Assembly (NCBI GenBank): GCA_030530985.1 | Contig: JAUMTX010000003.1 | Coordinates: 18,005-82,004, forward strand | DNA: 64,000 nucleotides | Direction: 5' to 3' | Source: Corynebacterium sp. | Lineage (GTDB): Bacteria; Actinomycetota; Actinomycetes; Mycobacteriales; Mycobacteriaceae | Shown: in pieces, positions 10,241-21,650 of the stretch | Numbering within the stretch: position 1 is the stretch's first letter | Layout of the letters: the number at the start of each line of letters is the position of its first letter | Notes under the pieces: generated by a model | Databases searched by the model: none | Told to the model about the DNA's origin: nothing | Seen by the model: only the letters and a program-made list of their open reading frames with translations | Translations under genes and position numbers: made by a program

Positions 10241-12883
10241 ATGTCTGAATTGCCAAAGAATTGGGATCCGAAGGCTGTCGAAAGCCAGCTATATGAAAAC
10301 TGGGTGGAAAAAGGCTACTTTACGGCCGATGTCAACTCCGAAAAGCCGCCTTTTTCCATCGTTCTGCCTCCGCCCAATGTGACAGGTCAGCTGCATATGG
10401 GCCACGCCCTGGATCACACCTTGATGGATGTGCTCTCCCGCATGAAGCGCATGCAGGGCTATGAGGTTCTTTGGCTGCCTGGCATGGACCATGCCGGCAT
10501 TGCTACCCAGACCAAGGTCGAGGCCATGCTCAAGGAAACTGAGGGCAAGGACCGCTTCGACTATGAGCGCGAAGAATTTATTGAGCGCGTCTGGGATTGG
10601 AAGAAGGAATACGGCGGCAAGATTGGCCGCCAGATGCGCGCCATTGGTGACTCTGTGGATTGGTCCCGTGAGCGCTTCACCATGGATGAGGGTCTTTCCC
10701 GCGCTGTTACTACTATTTTCAAGAAGCTCTACGATAAGGGCTTGATTTATCGTGCCAACCGTCTGGTTAACTGGTCCCCAGTTTTGGAGACCGCTGTTTC
10801 CGATATTGAGGTTGTGTACAAGGACGTTGAGGGCGAGCTCGTCTCCCTGCGTTATGGCTCCATGAATGATAATGAGCCACATGTGGTTGTTGCTACTACC
10901 CGTGTTGAAACTTTGCTTGGCGACGTCGCCGTTGCTGTCCACCCAGAAGATGAGCGCTATAAGGACTTGGTGGGCTCCACTTTCGATCACCCACTGATGC
11001 CTGGTCAGAAGCTGGTCGTTGTTGCCGATGACTATGTGGATCCAGAGTTCGGTACTGGTGCTGTGAAGATCACCCCAGCTCATGATCCAAATGACTATGC
11101 TGTGGCTTTGCGCCATGACCTGCCAATGCCAACCATCTTTGATACCAAGGGCCGTATTGCCAATACTGGTACCGAGTTTGATGGCCTGGACCGTTTTGAG
11201 GCCCGCGTAAAGATCCGTGAGGCCCTTGCAGCCCAGGGTCGTATTGTCTCCGAGAAGCGTCCTTATGTTCACGCTGTTGGTCACTCCGAGCGCAGTGGTG
11301 AGCCTATTGAGCCACGCCTCTCCAAGCAGTGGTACGTCAAGGTGGAGGAGCTTGCCAAGATGGCTGGCGATGCCATCCGTGAGGGCGATACCCAGATTCA
11401 CCCATCTTCCCAGGTTGCCCGCTACTTTGACTGGGTTGATGATATGCACGATTGGTGCATTAGCCGCCAGCTGTGGTGGGGCCACCGTATCCCAATCTGG
11501 TACGGCCCTAATGATGAGGTCATCTGCGTTGGTCCAGATGAGGAAGCACCAGAGGGCTATGTTCAGGATCCTGATGTTTTGGATACCTGGTTTAGCTCTG
11601 CACTGTGGCCATTCTCCACTATGGGTTGGCCAGATAAGACCCCTGAGCTTGAGAAGTTCTACCCAACCTCGGTTCTTATCACCGGCTATGACATTCTCTT
11701 CTTCTGGGTTGCCCGCATGATGATGTTCGGCACCTTCGCTTCCACTTTGGATGAGGAGCTTGGTGGCGTTCTTGGCGCAGGCAAGGATGGTCGCCCACAG
11801 ATTCCATTCACCGACCTGTACCTGCACGGTCTGGTTCGTGACTCCCAGGGCCGTAAGATGTCCAAGTCCTTGGGCAATGGCATTGACCCAATGGACTGGG
11901 TTGAGCGTTTCGGTGCTGATGCACTGCGCTTCACCCTGGCCCGTGGCGCTAATCCTGGTGTGGACCTTCCACTGGGTGAGGATTCTGCCCAGTCTTCCCG
12001 TAACTTTGCCACCAAGCTCTTTAATGCCACCAAGTTTGCCCTCATGAAGGGCGCTAAGGTGGGCGAGCTGCCAGCCCGCGAGTCTTTGACTGATGCGGAT
12101 AGGTGGATTTTGGATCGTCTTGAGGAGCTTCGTGTCTCCGTGGATGATTACCTCTCCCGCTACCAGTTTGCTAAGGCCCATGAGGCCATGTACCAGTTCG
12201 TCTGGAATGAGTTCTGCGACTGGTATTTGGAGATTGCCAAGGTTCAGGAGGATTCCTCCCTCGTTCTTGGTCGCGTGCTCAATGTGGCCCTAAAGCTGCT
12301 GCACCCATCCATGCCATTCGTGACTGAAACCCTGTGGTTGGCTCTGACCGAGGGTCAGCTGGAGGAGTCCCTGGTGATTTCTTCCTGGCCTACCGCCCAG
12401 GACACCAATGGTGGGGTAGAGACTGATGCTGTTGCTGCCCGCCGTATGGAGGATGTGCAGAAGCTGGTTACTGAGCTTCGTCGCTTCCGTGCCGATCAGG
12501 GTGTGAAGCCAAGCCAGCGTGTTCCAGCCCGCTATGATTTCGGCGACCTTCCAGCCGAGGTTATTGGCAGCCTTGCCCGTGTGGATGAGCCTACTGCTGA
12601 TTTCACAGCCACCGCGTCCATTGAGGTTCGTCTCAGCGAGCGCACTGTGACTGTGGAGCTTGATACTTCCGGCACTGTGGATAAGGATGCTGAGCGCAAG
12701 CGCCTGGAGAAGGATCTTGCCGCAGCTCAGAAGGAACTTGAGGGCACAACAAAGAAGCTTGGTAATGAAGCTTTCTTGGCCAAGGCCCCTGATGCGGTTG
12801 TGGAAAAGATCCGTGGCCGCCAGCAGATTGCGGAGGAAGAAGTGGCGCGTATTAGCGCGCGTCTCGCAGAACTCCTAAACTAG
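10241..12883 (+). CDS. valS: Valine--tRNA ligase
   Basis: The class I HMGH motif ([10 protein letters not shown]) and KMSKS (KMSKSLGN) are present. The C-terminal coiled coil and 880-aa length fit valS. Confidence 0.95.
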   Translation: MSELPKNWDPKAVESQLYENWVEKGYFTADVNSEKPPFSIVLPPPNVTGQLHMGHALDHTLMDVLSRMKRMQGYEVLWLPGMDHAGIATQTKVEAMLKETEGKDRFDYEREEFIERVWDWKKEYGGKIGRQMRAIGDSVDWSRERFTMDEGLSRAVTTIFKKLYDKGLIYRANRLVNWSPVLETAVSDIEVVYKDVEGELVSLRYGSMNDNEPHVVVATTRVETLLGDVAVAVHPEDERYKDLVGSTFDHPLMPGQKLVVVADDYVDPEFGTGAVKITPAHDPNDYAVALRHDLPMPTIFDTKGRIANTGTEFDGLDRFEARVKIREALAAQGRIVSEKRPYVHAVGHSERSGEPIEPRLSKQWYVKVEELAKMAGDAIREGDTQIHPSSQVARYFDWVDDMHDWCISRQLWWGHRIPIWYGPNDEVICVGPDEEAPEGYVQDPDVLDTWFSSALWPFSTMGWPDKTPELEKFYPTSVLITGYDILFFWVARMMMFGTFASTLDEELGGVLGAGKDGRPQIPFTDLYLHGLVRDSQGRKMSKSLGNGIDPMDWVERFGADALRFTLARGANPGVDLPLGEDSAQSSRNFATKLFNATKFALMKGAKVGELPARESLTDADRWILDRLEELRVSVDDYLSRYQFAKAHEAMYQFVWNEFCDWYLEIAKVQEDSSLVLGRVLNVALKLLHPSMPFVTETLWLALTEGQLEESLVISSWPTAQDTNGGVETDAVAARRMEDVQKLVTELRRFRADQGVKPSQRVPARYDFGDLPAEVIGSLARVDEPTADFTATASIEVRLSERTVTVELDTSGTVDKDAERKRLEKDLAAAQKELEGTTKKLGNEAFLAKAPDAVVEKIRGRQQIAEEEVARISARLAELLN

Positions 12884-12888
12884 GAGGC

Positions 12889-14355
12889 ATGCTCAATATT
12901 AATGATGATGGTTTGAGCCTTGATCTCAATGCTCCAACCAACGAGGCTGAATCCCGGGAGATTACTCCCGAGGATTTGGCTGATCTAGCGCGTGTAGAGG
13001 AAGAACTCGATAGCCGCTGGAATGAAACCTCCATTGACCCCACGCTTGACCGCATGGAGTTGTTGATGGACTACCTGGGTCACCCAGAGCGCAGTTTCCA
13101 TTCCATCCATGTGGCTGGCACCAATGGTAAAACATCCACGGTGCGCATGATTGAGTCCCTCTTGCGCGCTTTTCATATGCGTACTGGTCGTACCACCAGC
13201 CCCCATTTGCAGTTGGCGACCGAGCGCATTGGTATTGATGGTCTTCCAATTCACCCACGCGACTATGTGCGCACCTGGGAAGAAATCAAGCCTTTTGTTG
13301 AGATGGTGGATGCTAAGAGCCAGGCTGAGGGCGGCCCACGCATGTCCAAGTTTGAGGTTCTTACCGCCATGGCCTATGCGGCCTTTGCTGATGCCCCTGT
13401 CGACGTCGCCGTTGTCGAGGTCGGTCTTGGTGGGCGTTGGGATGCCACCAATGTGATCAATGCCGATGTTTCGGTGGTCACCCCTGTCGGTATTGACCAC
13501 ACTGATTTTCTTGGTGACACCATTGAGGACATTGCGGGGGAAAAGGCCGGCATTATTAAGAGCCGCTGGGATAAGGAGGATCTCCTCACCCCACCAGATA
13601 ATGTGGCCATTATTGCCGAGCAGGAAGCCGGGGCAATGAAGGTGCTTTTGGAGCGCGCCGTCTCCGTGGATGCTTCCGTGGCCCGTGCAGGTTTTGAATT
13701 TGGTCTTATGCATTCCTCCATTGCTGTTGGTGGCCAGATGATTGCCATTAAGGGTTTGGGTGGCGAGTACACGGACATTTTCCTGCCACTGTCTGGTGAA
13801 CACCAGGCTCGTAATGCTGCTGTGGCTTTGGCTGCGGTGGAGGCCTATTTTGGTGCCGGTGCCGGCAGGCAGTTGGACCAGGAGCAGGTACGTGAAGGCT
13901 TTGCCATGGTGCAAAGCCCGGGCCGTTTGGAGCGCGTGCGCAGCGCCCCAACTACTTTTGTGGATGCCACCCATAATCAGCATGGGGCCAAGGCCTTGGC
14001 GGCAGCTTTGGAGCGTGACTTTGATTTCCAGCGTCTTATTGGTGTGGTGTCTATCTTTGGGGATAAGGATGCCCGTGGCATGCTTGAAGCCCTGGCCCCT
14101 GTGCTTTCGGAGATTGTGGTCACCCAGAATTCCTCGCCACGCGCATTGGACGCCCACGAGCTTGCAGAATTGGCCGTAGAATACTTTGGTGAGGAACGCG
14201 TTCGCGTGGAGCCTAATCTTGCCGGTGCCTATGAGCTTGCGGTGGAATTGGCTGAGGACGGGGAAGAAGACCCGGCTGGCTGCGGCGTGATTATTACCGG
14301 TTCGGTTGTCACTGCGGGTGATGCCCGCGCCATGTTTGGAAAGGAACCAGCCTAA
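12889..14355 (+). CDS. folC: Bifunctional folylpolyglutamate synthase / dihydrofolate synthase
   Basis: GTNGKTST is the Mur-ligase P-loop. The RBS is TAGGAGG. The gene lies directly downstream of valS, as is conserved in actinobacteria. Confidence 0.9.
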   Translation: MLNINDDGLSLDLNAPTNEAESREITPEDLADLARVEEELDSRWNETSIDPTLDRMELLMDYLGHPERSFHSIHVAGTNGKTSTVRMIESLLRAFHMRTGRTTSPHLQLATERIGIDGLPIHPRDYVRTWEEIKPFVEMVDAKSQAEGGPRMSKFEVLTAMAYAAFADAPVDVAVVEVGLGGRWDATNVINADVSVVTPVGIDHTDFLGDTIEDIAGEKAGIIKSRWDKEDLLTPPDNVAIIAEQEAGAMKVLLERAVSVDASVARAGFEFGLMHSSIAVGGQMIAIKGLGGEYTDIFLPLSGEHQARNAAVALAAVEAYFGAGAGRQLDQEQVREGFAMVQSPGRLERVRSAPTTFVDATHNQHGAKALAAALERDFDFQRLIGVVSIFGDKDARGMLEALAPVLSEIVVTQNSSPRALDAHELAELAVEYFGEERVRVEPNLAGAYELAVELAEDGEEDPAGCGVIITGSVVTAGDARAMFGKEPA

Positions 14356-14771
14356 TGGCGGAAGAAGAATACGGCCCACTCGGCCCCGGCCATGCCCCAG
14401 CCAAGGACCCATTGAAGGGTCTGCGTGGTGTTATGGCTGGCACCCTGGTGATGGAGTCCATTAGTTTGCTTCTGGTACTCACCGTGATTGCCCGCGTGGA
14501 TGGTGGCGCCCACTGGACCACCTTTAATTGGGTAACAGTCACCGTTTTGGGTATTGCACTCTTTGCCGCTGGTTTTGTGCAGCAGCGCCCATGGGGCCTA
14601 AAGTTTGCCCTAGTGCTGCAGGCACTGGCCCTGCTGAGCTCCTTCTTTATCCACTATTCCATGGTGATTATGGTGCTCGTCTTTATTGCCGTGTGGTGGT
14701 ATATTATGGTGCTTCGCCGCAATCTCATTGCGCGCATGAAGCGTGGACTTCTCACCACACAGCACACCTAA
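14355..14771 (+). CDS. DUF4233-family small membrane protein (Rv2446c-like)
   Basis: Three predicted TM helices. The start overlaps the folC stop (TAATG). The syntenic position is conserved. Confidence 0.7.
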   Translation: MAEEEYGPLGPGHAPAKDPLKGLRGVMAGTLVMESISLLLVLTVIARVDGGAHWTTFNWVTVTVLGIALFAAGFVQQRPWGLKFALVLQALALLSSFFIHYSMVIMVLVFIAVWWYIMVLRRNLIARMKRGLLTTQHT

Positions 14772-14789
14772 CATCACACCCAGTACTAC

Positions 14790-16019
14790 TTAAATACTCA
14801 TTAGGAAGTACAGATCCAGGCCTGTAAGGACCAGGGCTATTATCCAGCCCACAATGGTCGTTGCAGGCCTGTTTTTATATTCACCAAGGAAGCGCTGGGA
14901 GCTGGTTATCCACACCAGGGGAATAATGGTGAAGGGCAGGGCAATGCTCAGGAAGACCTGGCTATTAATAAGCAGGGCATCCAATTCCTGTGGGCCCCAG
15001 AAAATCGCGCAGATAAGCACAGGAATAACGGCAAGACCACGGGTAATGAGCCTGCGCAGCCAGGGGCTTATGCGCAGATTAATAAAACCCTCCATTACAA
15101 TCTGACCCGATAGCGTGCCAGTAATGGTGGCATTTTGACCACTGGCCAGAAGAGCCACAGCAAAAAGAGTGGCAACCAATGGGCCCGATACTGTATCCAA
15201 ATGATCATAGATGGCTTGGAAGGACTCCACCTCCATACCGTGGAAGAGGGCCGCACCAAGAATGAGCAGCATGCAGTTGACCACAAAGGCAATACTGAGC
15301 TGAATATGGGAATCCCAGGCGGCAAAGCGAATAGCCTGGCGGGTATTTACAGTTTCACGGGACTGCACAATGCTCGAATGCAAATAAAGATTATGGGGCA
15401 TAACAGTCGCGCCAATAATACCCAGGGCCAGCAATAGAGCATGGCCGTGGAAAACCTGGGGTTCGAAACCCTGCGCCACCTCCACAAAATTAGGGGCAGC
15501 CATATAGGTTTGGTAGAAGAAAATCAACGTCACCGTGGCAATGAGCACCATGACCAGGGCCTCAACCTTGCGGAAACCCACATGGGTGAGCAACAAAAGC
15601 AAGAAGACATCGGCCACGGTTATCAGAATGCCAAGCACCAAAGGCCAATGGAAGAGCAGGTGCAGGGCAATAGCGGCACCAATAATTTCGGCAATATCGG
15701 TGGCCATAATGGCAAGCTCAGCAATAAGCCACAGACCAATACTCAAACGGGGGCCAAGCAGCAGGCGGGTGGCCTGCGCCAAATCTATACGGGCACCCAC
15801 ACCCATCTTCACACAGAGGTATTGCAAGAACATGGCGGCCAGGCTGGAAAAGAGAATGACACTGAGCAGAGCATAGCCAGTATTGGCGCCACCTTGGATG
15901 CTGGTCACCCAATTGCCGGGGTCCATATAGCCCACAGCAACCAGCGCCCCGGGACCAATAAAAGCAAGGGCGCGCCGGGCCGGTATAGTGCGATTAATTT
16001 CTTGTAAAGAAGGAGTCAT
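14790..16019 (-). CDS. mntH: NRAMP-family divalent metal (Mn2+/Fe2+) transporter
   Basis: The NRAMP signature YMDPGNWVTSIQGGA... and MPHNLYLHSS are present, with about 11 TM helices. Confidence 0.9.
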   Translation of the reverse strand: MTPSLQEINRTIPARRALAFIGPGALVAVGYMDPGNWVTSIQGGANTGYALLSVILFSSLAAMFLQYLCVKMGVGARIDLAQATRLLLGPRLSIGLWLIAELAIMATDIAEIIGAAIALHLLFHWPLVLGILITVADVFLLLLLTHVGFRKVEALVMVLIATVTLIFFYQTYMAAPNFVEVAQGFEPQVFHGHALLLALGIIGATVMPHNLYLHSSIVQSRETVNTRQAIRFAAWDSHIQLSIAFVVNCMLLILGAALFHGMEVESFQAIYDHLDTVSGPLVATLFAVALLASGQNATITGTLSGQIVMEGFINLRISPWLRRLITRGLAVIPVLICAIFWGPQELDALLINSQVFLSIALPFTIIPLVWITSSQRFLGEYKNRPATTIVGWIIALVLTGLDLYFLMSI

Positions 16020-16036
16020 AAGGGCCTTTGAAGTTA

Positions 16037-16058
16037 AAAGTTCAACTGATTGAACTTT
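16037..16058. promoter_or_regulatory. Perfect palindrome AAAGTTCAA-ctga-TTGAACTTT in the mntH/ndk divergent promoter; candidate metalloregulator operator
   Basis: A 9-4-9 perfect inverted repeat lies 18 bp upstream of the mntH start codon. Confidence 0.55.
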
Positions 16059-16145
16059 TTCGATATGGCTCTATTGTAGGAGGATTAGGAAAAGAATTCA
16101 ACCAGTAGTGGAAACGTCGATAGGCCCAGTGGTAACGTAGATACT

Positions 16146-16556
16146 ATGAGTGAACGTACTTTCTTCCTGATTAAGCCAGACGGCGTAGCCCGCAACCTGA
16201 TCGGCGAGGTCATCAGCCGTATTGAACGCAAGGGCCTCAAGATTGTGGCCATGGATCTTCGTGTGGCTGATGAGGCAACCGCCAAGCAGCACTATGCCGA
16301 GCATGTGGAGAAGCCATTCTTTGGTGAACTGGTAGATTTCATCACCTCCGGCCCACTGGTTGCCGGTGTGCTTGAGGGTCCACGTGCCATTGAAGCATGG
16401 CGCCAAATCGCTGGTGGCACCGACCCAGTTGCCAAGGCAACCCCAGGTACCATCCGTGCCGATTATGGTTTGGAAGTGAATAATAATATTGTTCACGGCT
16501 CAGATTCTCCAGAGTCTGCGGCACGTGAGATTGGTATTTGGTTCCCAAATCTCTAA
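16146..16556 (+). CDS. ndk: Nucleoside diphosphate kinase
   Basis: FLIKPDGV...NIVHGSDS includes the active-site His motif. The length is 136 aa. Confidence 0.95.
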   Translation: MSERTFFLIKPDGVARNLIGEVISRIERKGLKIVAMDLRVADEATAKQHYAEHVEKPFFGELVDFITSGPLVAGVLEGPRAIEAWRQIAGGTDPVAKATPGTIRADYGLEVNNNIVHGSDSPESAAREIGIWFPNL

Positions 16557-16577
16557 AATAGGTGGAAGTAGGTAAAA

Positions 16578-16610
16578 GGCTCCGTGTGGCTGCGCTTCGC
16601 GCCCGGAGCC
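16578..16610 (+). promoter_or_regulatory. Extended GC-rich stem-loop (GGCTCCG...GCGC-ttc-GCGC...CGGAGCC) between ndk and rne
   Basis: The hairpin has no T-tract. It could be an ndk transcript end or an rne 5'-UTR element. Confidence 0.4.
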
Positions 16611-16641
16611 TGACCGTAACTTTCATAAAATAGGAGATTCC

Positions 16642-19350
16642 GTGGCTGGTACCACAGGTAAAATACGCGTTCATGCGTTAGCAAAGCAGCTCGGTATGAG
16701 CTCAAAGGAGCTTGTACTCAGGCTAAATGATCTAGGGATTATTAAGGTCGCCCAGTCGACCCTGACAGATGACGAAGTCGCAGCTGTCCGCACATCCCTG
16801 GATGAAGAGACAGATAATTCGGATACAAAGACAGGCACAAAGTCCGGTAAAAAGGGCGCTAAGAAGGCTGCCAAGAAGGGCAAGTCCGCCACAGACGAAG
16901 TATCCGATGAGAAACTTCGCCACCGCATTCGTAAGAATGTGGAAAATGAGATTCACCAGATCGAAGCAAAGGTCGAACGTGAACTCAGCCGCGAAGAAAT
17001 TGAAGAACTGGTTGATGAACTAGAGATTCATGAGCCACAGCCGGAACCACCGGCCATTAATCTTGACCCCATCTTTATTGCCCCAAGCATTAGCCCCGAA
17101 GAGGCTGATGACTTTAGCGATGATGATTCCCTCATTACCGAATTCGACACCGACTTCGATCTTGACGCGGAACCAAGCCCACGCAAGCGCGGCTCCCGCG
17201 GCACCGGTCGCGGTAAGGGTGCAAGCAAGGGTGCATCTAAGGGTGGCAAGCAGGCAAAGCCAGTAGAGGAAGAGCCAGCTGAAATCACGGAGCCGGTGGC
17301 CATTAAGGGTTCCACCCGCTTGGAGGCGCAGCGTCGTCGCCGCACCAACCTGCGCACCGAGGGGCGCAAGAAGCGCCATGTGGTGAGCCAGGCTGAGTTC
17401 CTTGCGCGCCGCGAGTCCGTGGATCGTGTCATGGTGGTGCGTGAGCGCCGCCGTAATGATGACCTGGGCAATGTTACCCAGGTGGGTGTTCTTGAGGATG
17501 ATCTGCTCGTTGAGCACTTTGTCACCTCCGAAACCCAAAACTCCACTGTGGGCAATATTTATCTTGGCCGCGTCCAAAATGTGCTGCCTTCCATGGAGGC
17601 CGCCTTTATTGATATCGGCACAGGCCGCAATGGCGTGCTTTATGCTGGTGAGGTGGATTGGCGTGCCGCCGGTCTTGGTGGCCGCAACCGCAATATTGAA
17701 CAGGCCCTCAAGCCGGGCGACCAGGTTCTGGTCCAGGTGGCCAAGGATCCAGTGGGGCAGAAGGGTGCGCGACTGACCACCCAGATTTCCCTGGCTGGTC
17801 GCTACCTGGTGTATGTGCCGCACGGTAATTCCACTGGCATTTCGCGCAAGCTGCCAGAGGATGAGCGCCGTCGCCTTCGCGATATTGTGAAGGAAGTTGT
17901 GCCAGCCAATGCCAGCGCCATTATCCGCACCGCCGCCGAGGGTGTGAGTGAGCGCGATATTGCTGCTGATGTTGAGCGCCTCCAGTCCGTCTGGGAGTCC
18001 ATTGAATCTGCCACCAAGAAGGCAAAGAATGCGCGCGGCACCAAGCCACGGACCCTCTATGAGGAGCCGGATATGCTGGTCAAGATTGTGCGCGATGTAT
18101 TCAATGAGGACTTCTCCAAGTTGATTGTTGAGGGCCAGCGCCCATGGACCACGGTCAAGAACTATGTGGAAACCATGGCCCCTGATTTGATGGAGCGTGT
18201 GGAGCGCTACCAGCCTGAGCAGAATGCTGGGGTGGATGTTTTTGAGCGCTACCGCATTGATGAGCAGCTGCACAAGGCGCTCTCCCGCAAGGTCTGGCTG
18301 CCATCCGGCGGCACCCTGATTATTGACCGCACTGAGGCCATGACTGTCATCGATGTGAATACCGGTAAGTTCACCGGTTCCGGTGGCAATCTGGAAGAAA
18401 CCGTGACCCGCAATAACCTTGAGGCCGCGGAGGAGATTGTGCGCCAGATGCGTCTGCGCGATCTGGGCGGCATGATTGTGGTCGACTTTATTGATATGGT
18501 TCTGCCGGAAAACCAGGAGCTGGTTTTGCGCCGTCTGCGTGAGTTCCTGGGCCGTGACCGTACCCGCCACCAGGTTTCTGAGGTGACCAGTCTTGGTTTG
18601 GTCCAGATGACTCGTAAGAAGCTGGGCCAGGGCCTGCTGGAGACCTTCGCCACTACCTGTGAGTGCTGTAATGGTAGTGGTGTGATTGTTCACGCCGATC
18701 CTGTGGAGCATGCCGCTGATGGCATTACGCCTATCTCCCCGGAGAAGGCCGCCAAGCGCAAGGCCCGTGAGGAGAAGAAGCCAGCCAAGTCGGGTGGCAA
18801 GAAGCTGCAGATCCGTGAGGATGACCTGCCACCATCACGCCCAGAGCCAACAGTTGAAGAGCCAGCCGATACTGTCGATACTGACACTATCTTTAACGAG
18901 CCTGAGCAGTCCATTGTGGATATTGCCATTGCGGCAGTGGCCACCGCGGAGAGCCAGGATCCTGATGATGAGTTTGGTAAGGTGCTGCGCAAGTGGGAGG
19001 ACAACCCACGTCGTCGTCGCGCTACCCGTGGTAACTCGCGTTCTGATCGTCGTCCTGAGCAGCGAGCTTCTCGACGCGCCGAAAAGCGTCTGGACCCTAA
19101 GGCGGAAAATAGGACTGCTACTGTGGCGTCGCCAAGCGAAGGGGATGCGGATGTCCGCGTCATTCGTGGACGCCGCCGTGCAGTGCGTAGGCCAGCCACC
19201 GCAGCGGTGGAACCAAAGAGTCCAGTAAAGAACCAGAGTGCTAAATCTGGCTCTAAATCCAGCGCTAAATCTGGTGCCAAAACTGTGGTGGAAACACCAG
19301 TAGTTAATACGCGTAAGCGCCGTCGTGCGGTGCTCAAGACACGCGGCTGA
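16642..19350 (+). CDS. rne: Ribonuclease E/G
   Basis: A GTG start with an AGGAGA RBS. The S1 and catalytic domain (NIYLGRVQNVLPSMEAAFIDIG...) is present, flanked by acidic N-terminal and Arg-rich C-terminal low-complexity regions. Confidence 0.9.
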   Translation: MAGTTGKIRVHALAKQLGMSSKELVLRLNDLGIIKVAQSTLTDDEVAAVRTSLDEETDNSDTKTGTKSGKKGAKKAAKKGKSATDEVSDEKLRHRIRKNVENEIHQIEAKVERELSREEIEELVDELEIHEPQPEPPAINLDPIFIAPSISPEEADDFSDDDSLITEFDTDFDLDAEPSPRKRGSRGTGRGKGASKGASKGGKQAKPVEEEPAEITEPVAIKGSTRLEAQRRRRTNLRTEGRKKRHVVSQAEFLARRESVDRVMVVRERRRNDDLGNVTQVGVLEDDLLVEHFVTSETQNSTVGNIYLGRVQNVLPSMEAAFIDIGTGRNGVLYAGEVDWRAAGLGGRNRNIEQALKPGDQVLVQVAKDPVGQKGARLTTQISLAGRYLVYVPHGNSTGISRKLPEDERRRLRDIVKEVVPANASAIIRTAAEGVSERDIAADVERLQSVWESIESATKKAKNARGTKPRTLYEEPDMLVKIVRDVFNEDFSKLIVEGQRPWTTVKNYVETMAPDLMERVERYQPEQNAGVDVFERYRIDEQLHKALSRKVWLPSGGTLIIDRTEAMTVIDVNTGKFTGSGGNLEETVTRNNLEAAEEIVRQMRLRDLGGMIVVDFIDMVLPENQELVLRRLREFLGRDRTRHQVSEVTSLGLVQMTRKKLGQGLLETFATTCECCNGSGVIVHADPVEHAADGITPISPEKAAKRKAREEKKPAKSGGKKLQIREDDLPPSRPEPTVEEPADTVDTDTIFNEPEQSIVDIAIAAVATAESQDPDDEFGKVLRKWEDNPRRRRATRGNSRSDRRPEQRASRRAEKRLDPKAENRTATVASPSEGDADVRVIRGRRRAVRRPATAAVEPKSPVKNQSAKSGSKSSAKSGAKTVVETPVVNTRKRRRAVLKTRG

Positions 19351-19470
19351 CCAGGCACTTTGGTGCTCATTTTGAATAGTTTTTCCCTGTGGGGTAAACT
19401 TGACCAGTCGCAGTTTTCGAGTGAAACTGCTGTAAGTAATCGTCCGAGTTAGATAAGGGGTAACCCTCCT

Positions 19471-19776
19471 ATGTACGCGATCGTCAAGACCGGCGGCAAG
19501 CAGTACAAGGTTGCTGAAGGTGACCTCGTCAAGGTCGAGAAGATCGAGGGTGAGTCTGGTACTGCCGTGGCTCTCACCCCCGTTCTGCTCGTCGATGGCG
19601 CCGATGTGACTACCGCTGCTGACAAGCTTGCCAAGGTAAGCGTCAATGCAGAGATCGTCGAGCACGTTAAGGGCCCGAAGATCCGCATCCTCAAGTATAA
19701 GAACAAGACCGGCTATAAGAAGCGTCAGGGTCACCGTCAGTCCTTGACGGTACTCAAGATCACCGGTATCAAGTAA
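19471..19776 (+). CDS. rplU: 50S ribosomal protein L21
   Basis: [14 protein letters not shown] matches L21. Confidence 0.95.
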   Translation: MYAIVKTGGKQYKVAEGDLVKVEKIEGESGTAVALTPVLLVDGADVTTAADKLAKVSVNAEIVEHVKGPKIRILKYKNKTGYKKRQGHRQSLTVLKITGIK

Positions 19777-19823
19777 GTCGATTTTCATTCGACCCTAGTA
19801 TTTCCTGAAGGAGGGAAACCGAC

Positions 19824-20081
19824 ATGGCACACAAGAAGGGTGCATCAAGCTCCAATAACGGTCGCGATTCAGAGTCAAAGCGACTTGGTGTGAAGCGTTT
19901 CGGTGGCCAGCAGGTTAAGGCCGGTGAGATCCTCGTGCGTCAGCGTGGTACTGCATTCCACCCAGGTGAGAACGTAGGCCGCGGCGGCGACGACACTCTC
20001 TTCGCTCTTGCTGCAGGTTCTGTGCAGTTCGCTATTAAGAAGAACCGCCGTACCGTAAACATTGTTCCAGCTGAGGTCTAA
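19824..20081 (+). CDS. rpmA: 50S ribosomal protein L27
   Basis: [10 protein letters not shown]...GRDS..KRLGVK matches L27. Confidence 0.95.
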   Translation: MAHKKGASSSNNGRDSESKRLGVKRFGGQQVKAGEILVRQRGTAFHPGENVGRGGDDTLFALAAGSVQFAIKKNRRTVNIVPAEV

Positions 20082-20097
20082 GCCTCTACTGGACACA

Positions 20098-20131
20098 CCC
20101 GCCGAGGCAATCGCCCCGGCGGGCTTTTTTT
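20098..20131 (+). terminator. Rho-independent terminator after rpmA (CCCGCCG...CGGCGGG + T7)
   Basis: Seen directly in the sequence. Confidence 0.8.
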
Positions 20132-20150
20132 ATAACTAAGAAGGGATGCA

Positions 20151-21650
20151 ATGAACCGCTTTATTGACCGCGTCGTTCTCCACCTCATCGCTGGTGATGG
20201 CGGCAATGGCTGCGCCTCCATCCACCGTGAAAAATTCAAGCCCCTAGGTGGACCTGATGGTGGTAATGGTGGCCATGGTGGCGACATTATTTTTGAAGTC
20301 AGCCCCCAGGTTCACACCTTGATGGATCTCCACTACCGTCCACATTTGAAGGCCACCCGTGGCGCTAATGGTGCCGGTGATCACCGTAATGGTGCGCGCG
20401 GCCAGGACCTGGTTGTGGAAATTCCAGCAGGTACCGTGGTCAAGGATGAGAAGGGTAATGTTCTTGCCGATCTCACCACCATTGGTACCCGCTTTGTGGC
20501 TGCTGCTGGTGGCCACGGTGGTCTTGGTAATGCGGCTCTTGCATCCCGCGCACGTAAGGCCCCTGGTTTTGCTTTGAAGGGTGAGCCAGGTGAGCAGTTG
20601 GAGCTCACCCTGGAGCTCAAGTCCATGGCGGATGTGGGCCTGGTGGGTTTCCCATCGGCCGGTAAGTCCTCCTTGATTTCTGTTCTTTCCGCAGCCAAGC
20701 CAAAGATTGGTGACTACCCATTTACCACCCTGCAGCCAAATCTTGGTGTGGTTGATATGGGCACCAATTCCTTTACCATTGCCGATGTGCCGGGTTTGAT
20801 TCCTGGTGCTTCTGAGGGCCGTGGTTTGGGCTTGGACTTTCTGCGCCATATTGAGCGCACCGCCGTGCTTGCGCATGTGGTGGACTGCGCCACCTTGGAG
20901 CCGAACCGTGACCCAGTCTCTGATATTCAGGCTTTGGAGGCGGAGCTTGCCGCCTACCAGGAAAGCCTGGAAGAGGATACTGGTTTGGGTGATCTCCGTG
21001 AGCGCCCACGCATTATTATTCTCAATAAGGCCGATGTGCCTGAGGCCCGTGAGCTTGCAGAATTCCTCATGGATGAGCTCAAGGAATTCGGCTGGCCAAT
21101 CTTTATTATTTCCGCTGTGGCCCGCCAGGGCTTGGAGCCTTTGAAGTATGCCTTGATGGAGATCGTCGATAAGCACCGCAAGGAGCGCGCCGAAACCAAG
21201 CGCAAGGTTGAAGTTCAGACCATTGTGCGCCCCAAGGCTGTGCGTGGCAAGCGTGAATTCACCATTGAGGCCGACCCAGAGGGCGGCTGGATTATTCGTG
21301 GTGAAAAGCCGGAGCGTTGGATTATCCAAACCGACTTTGAAAATGATGAGGCCGTGGGCTACCTGGGTGACCGTCTGGCCAAGTTGGGCATTGAGGATGC
21401 CCTGTACAAGGCCGGTGCAGAAGAAGGCGATACAGTCACTATCGGCGAAGTCTCCTTCGATTGGGAGCCAATGACTGCTGCTGGTGTGGATACCACCCTG
21501 ACTGGTCGCGGCACCGATATTCGTCTTGAGCAGACTGGTCGTGTCAGTGCTGCTGAGCGTAAGCGTGCCAGCCAGGTGCGTCGTGGTCTCATTGATGAGT
21601 TTGATTTTGGTGATGACCAAGAGGCCGATCGCGATAGGTGGCAGGGCTAG
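20151..21650 (+). CDS. obg: GTPase Obg/CgtA
   Basis: The Gly-rich N-terminal Obg fold is present ([25 protein letters not shown]). The G1 motif is GFPSAGKSS. The C-terminal TGS-like extension is present. Confidence 0.9.
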   Translation: MNRFIDRVVLHLIAGDGGNGCASIHREKFKPLGGPDGGNGGHGGDIIFEVSPQVHTLMDLHYRPHLKATRGANGAGDHRNGARGQDLVVEIPAGTVVKDEKGNVLADLTTIGTRFVAAAGGHGGLGNAALASRARKAPGFALKGEPGEQLELTLELKSMADVGLVGFPSAGKSSLISVLSAAKPKIGDYPFTTLQPNLGVVDMGTNSFTIADVPGLIPGASEGRGLGLDFLRHIERTAVLAHVVDCATLEPNRDPVSDIQALEAELAAYQESLEEDTGLGDLRERPRIIILNKADVPEARELAEFLMDELKEFGWPIFIISAVARQGLEPLKYALMEIVDKHRKERAETKRKVEVQTIVRPKAVRGKREFTIEADPEGGWIIRGEKPERWIIQTDFENDEAVGYLGDRLAKLGIEDALYKAGAEEGDTVTIGEVSFDWEPMTAAGVDTTLTGRGTDIRLEQTGRVSAAERKRASQVRRGLIDEFDFGDDQEADRDRWQG

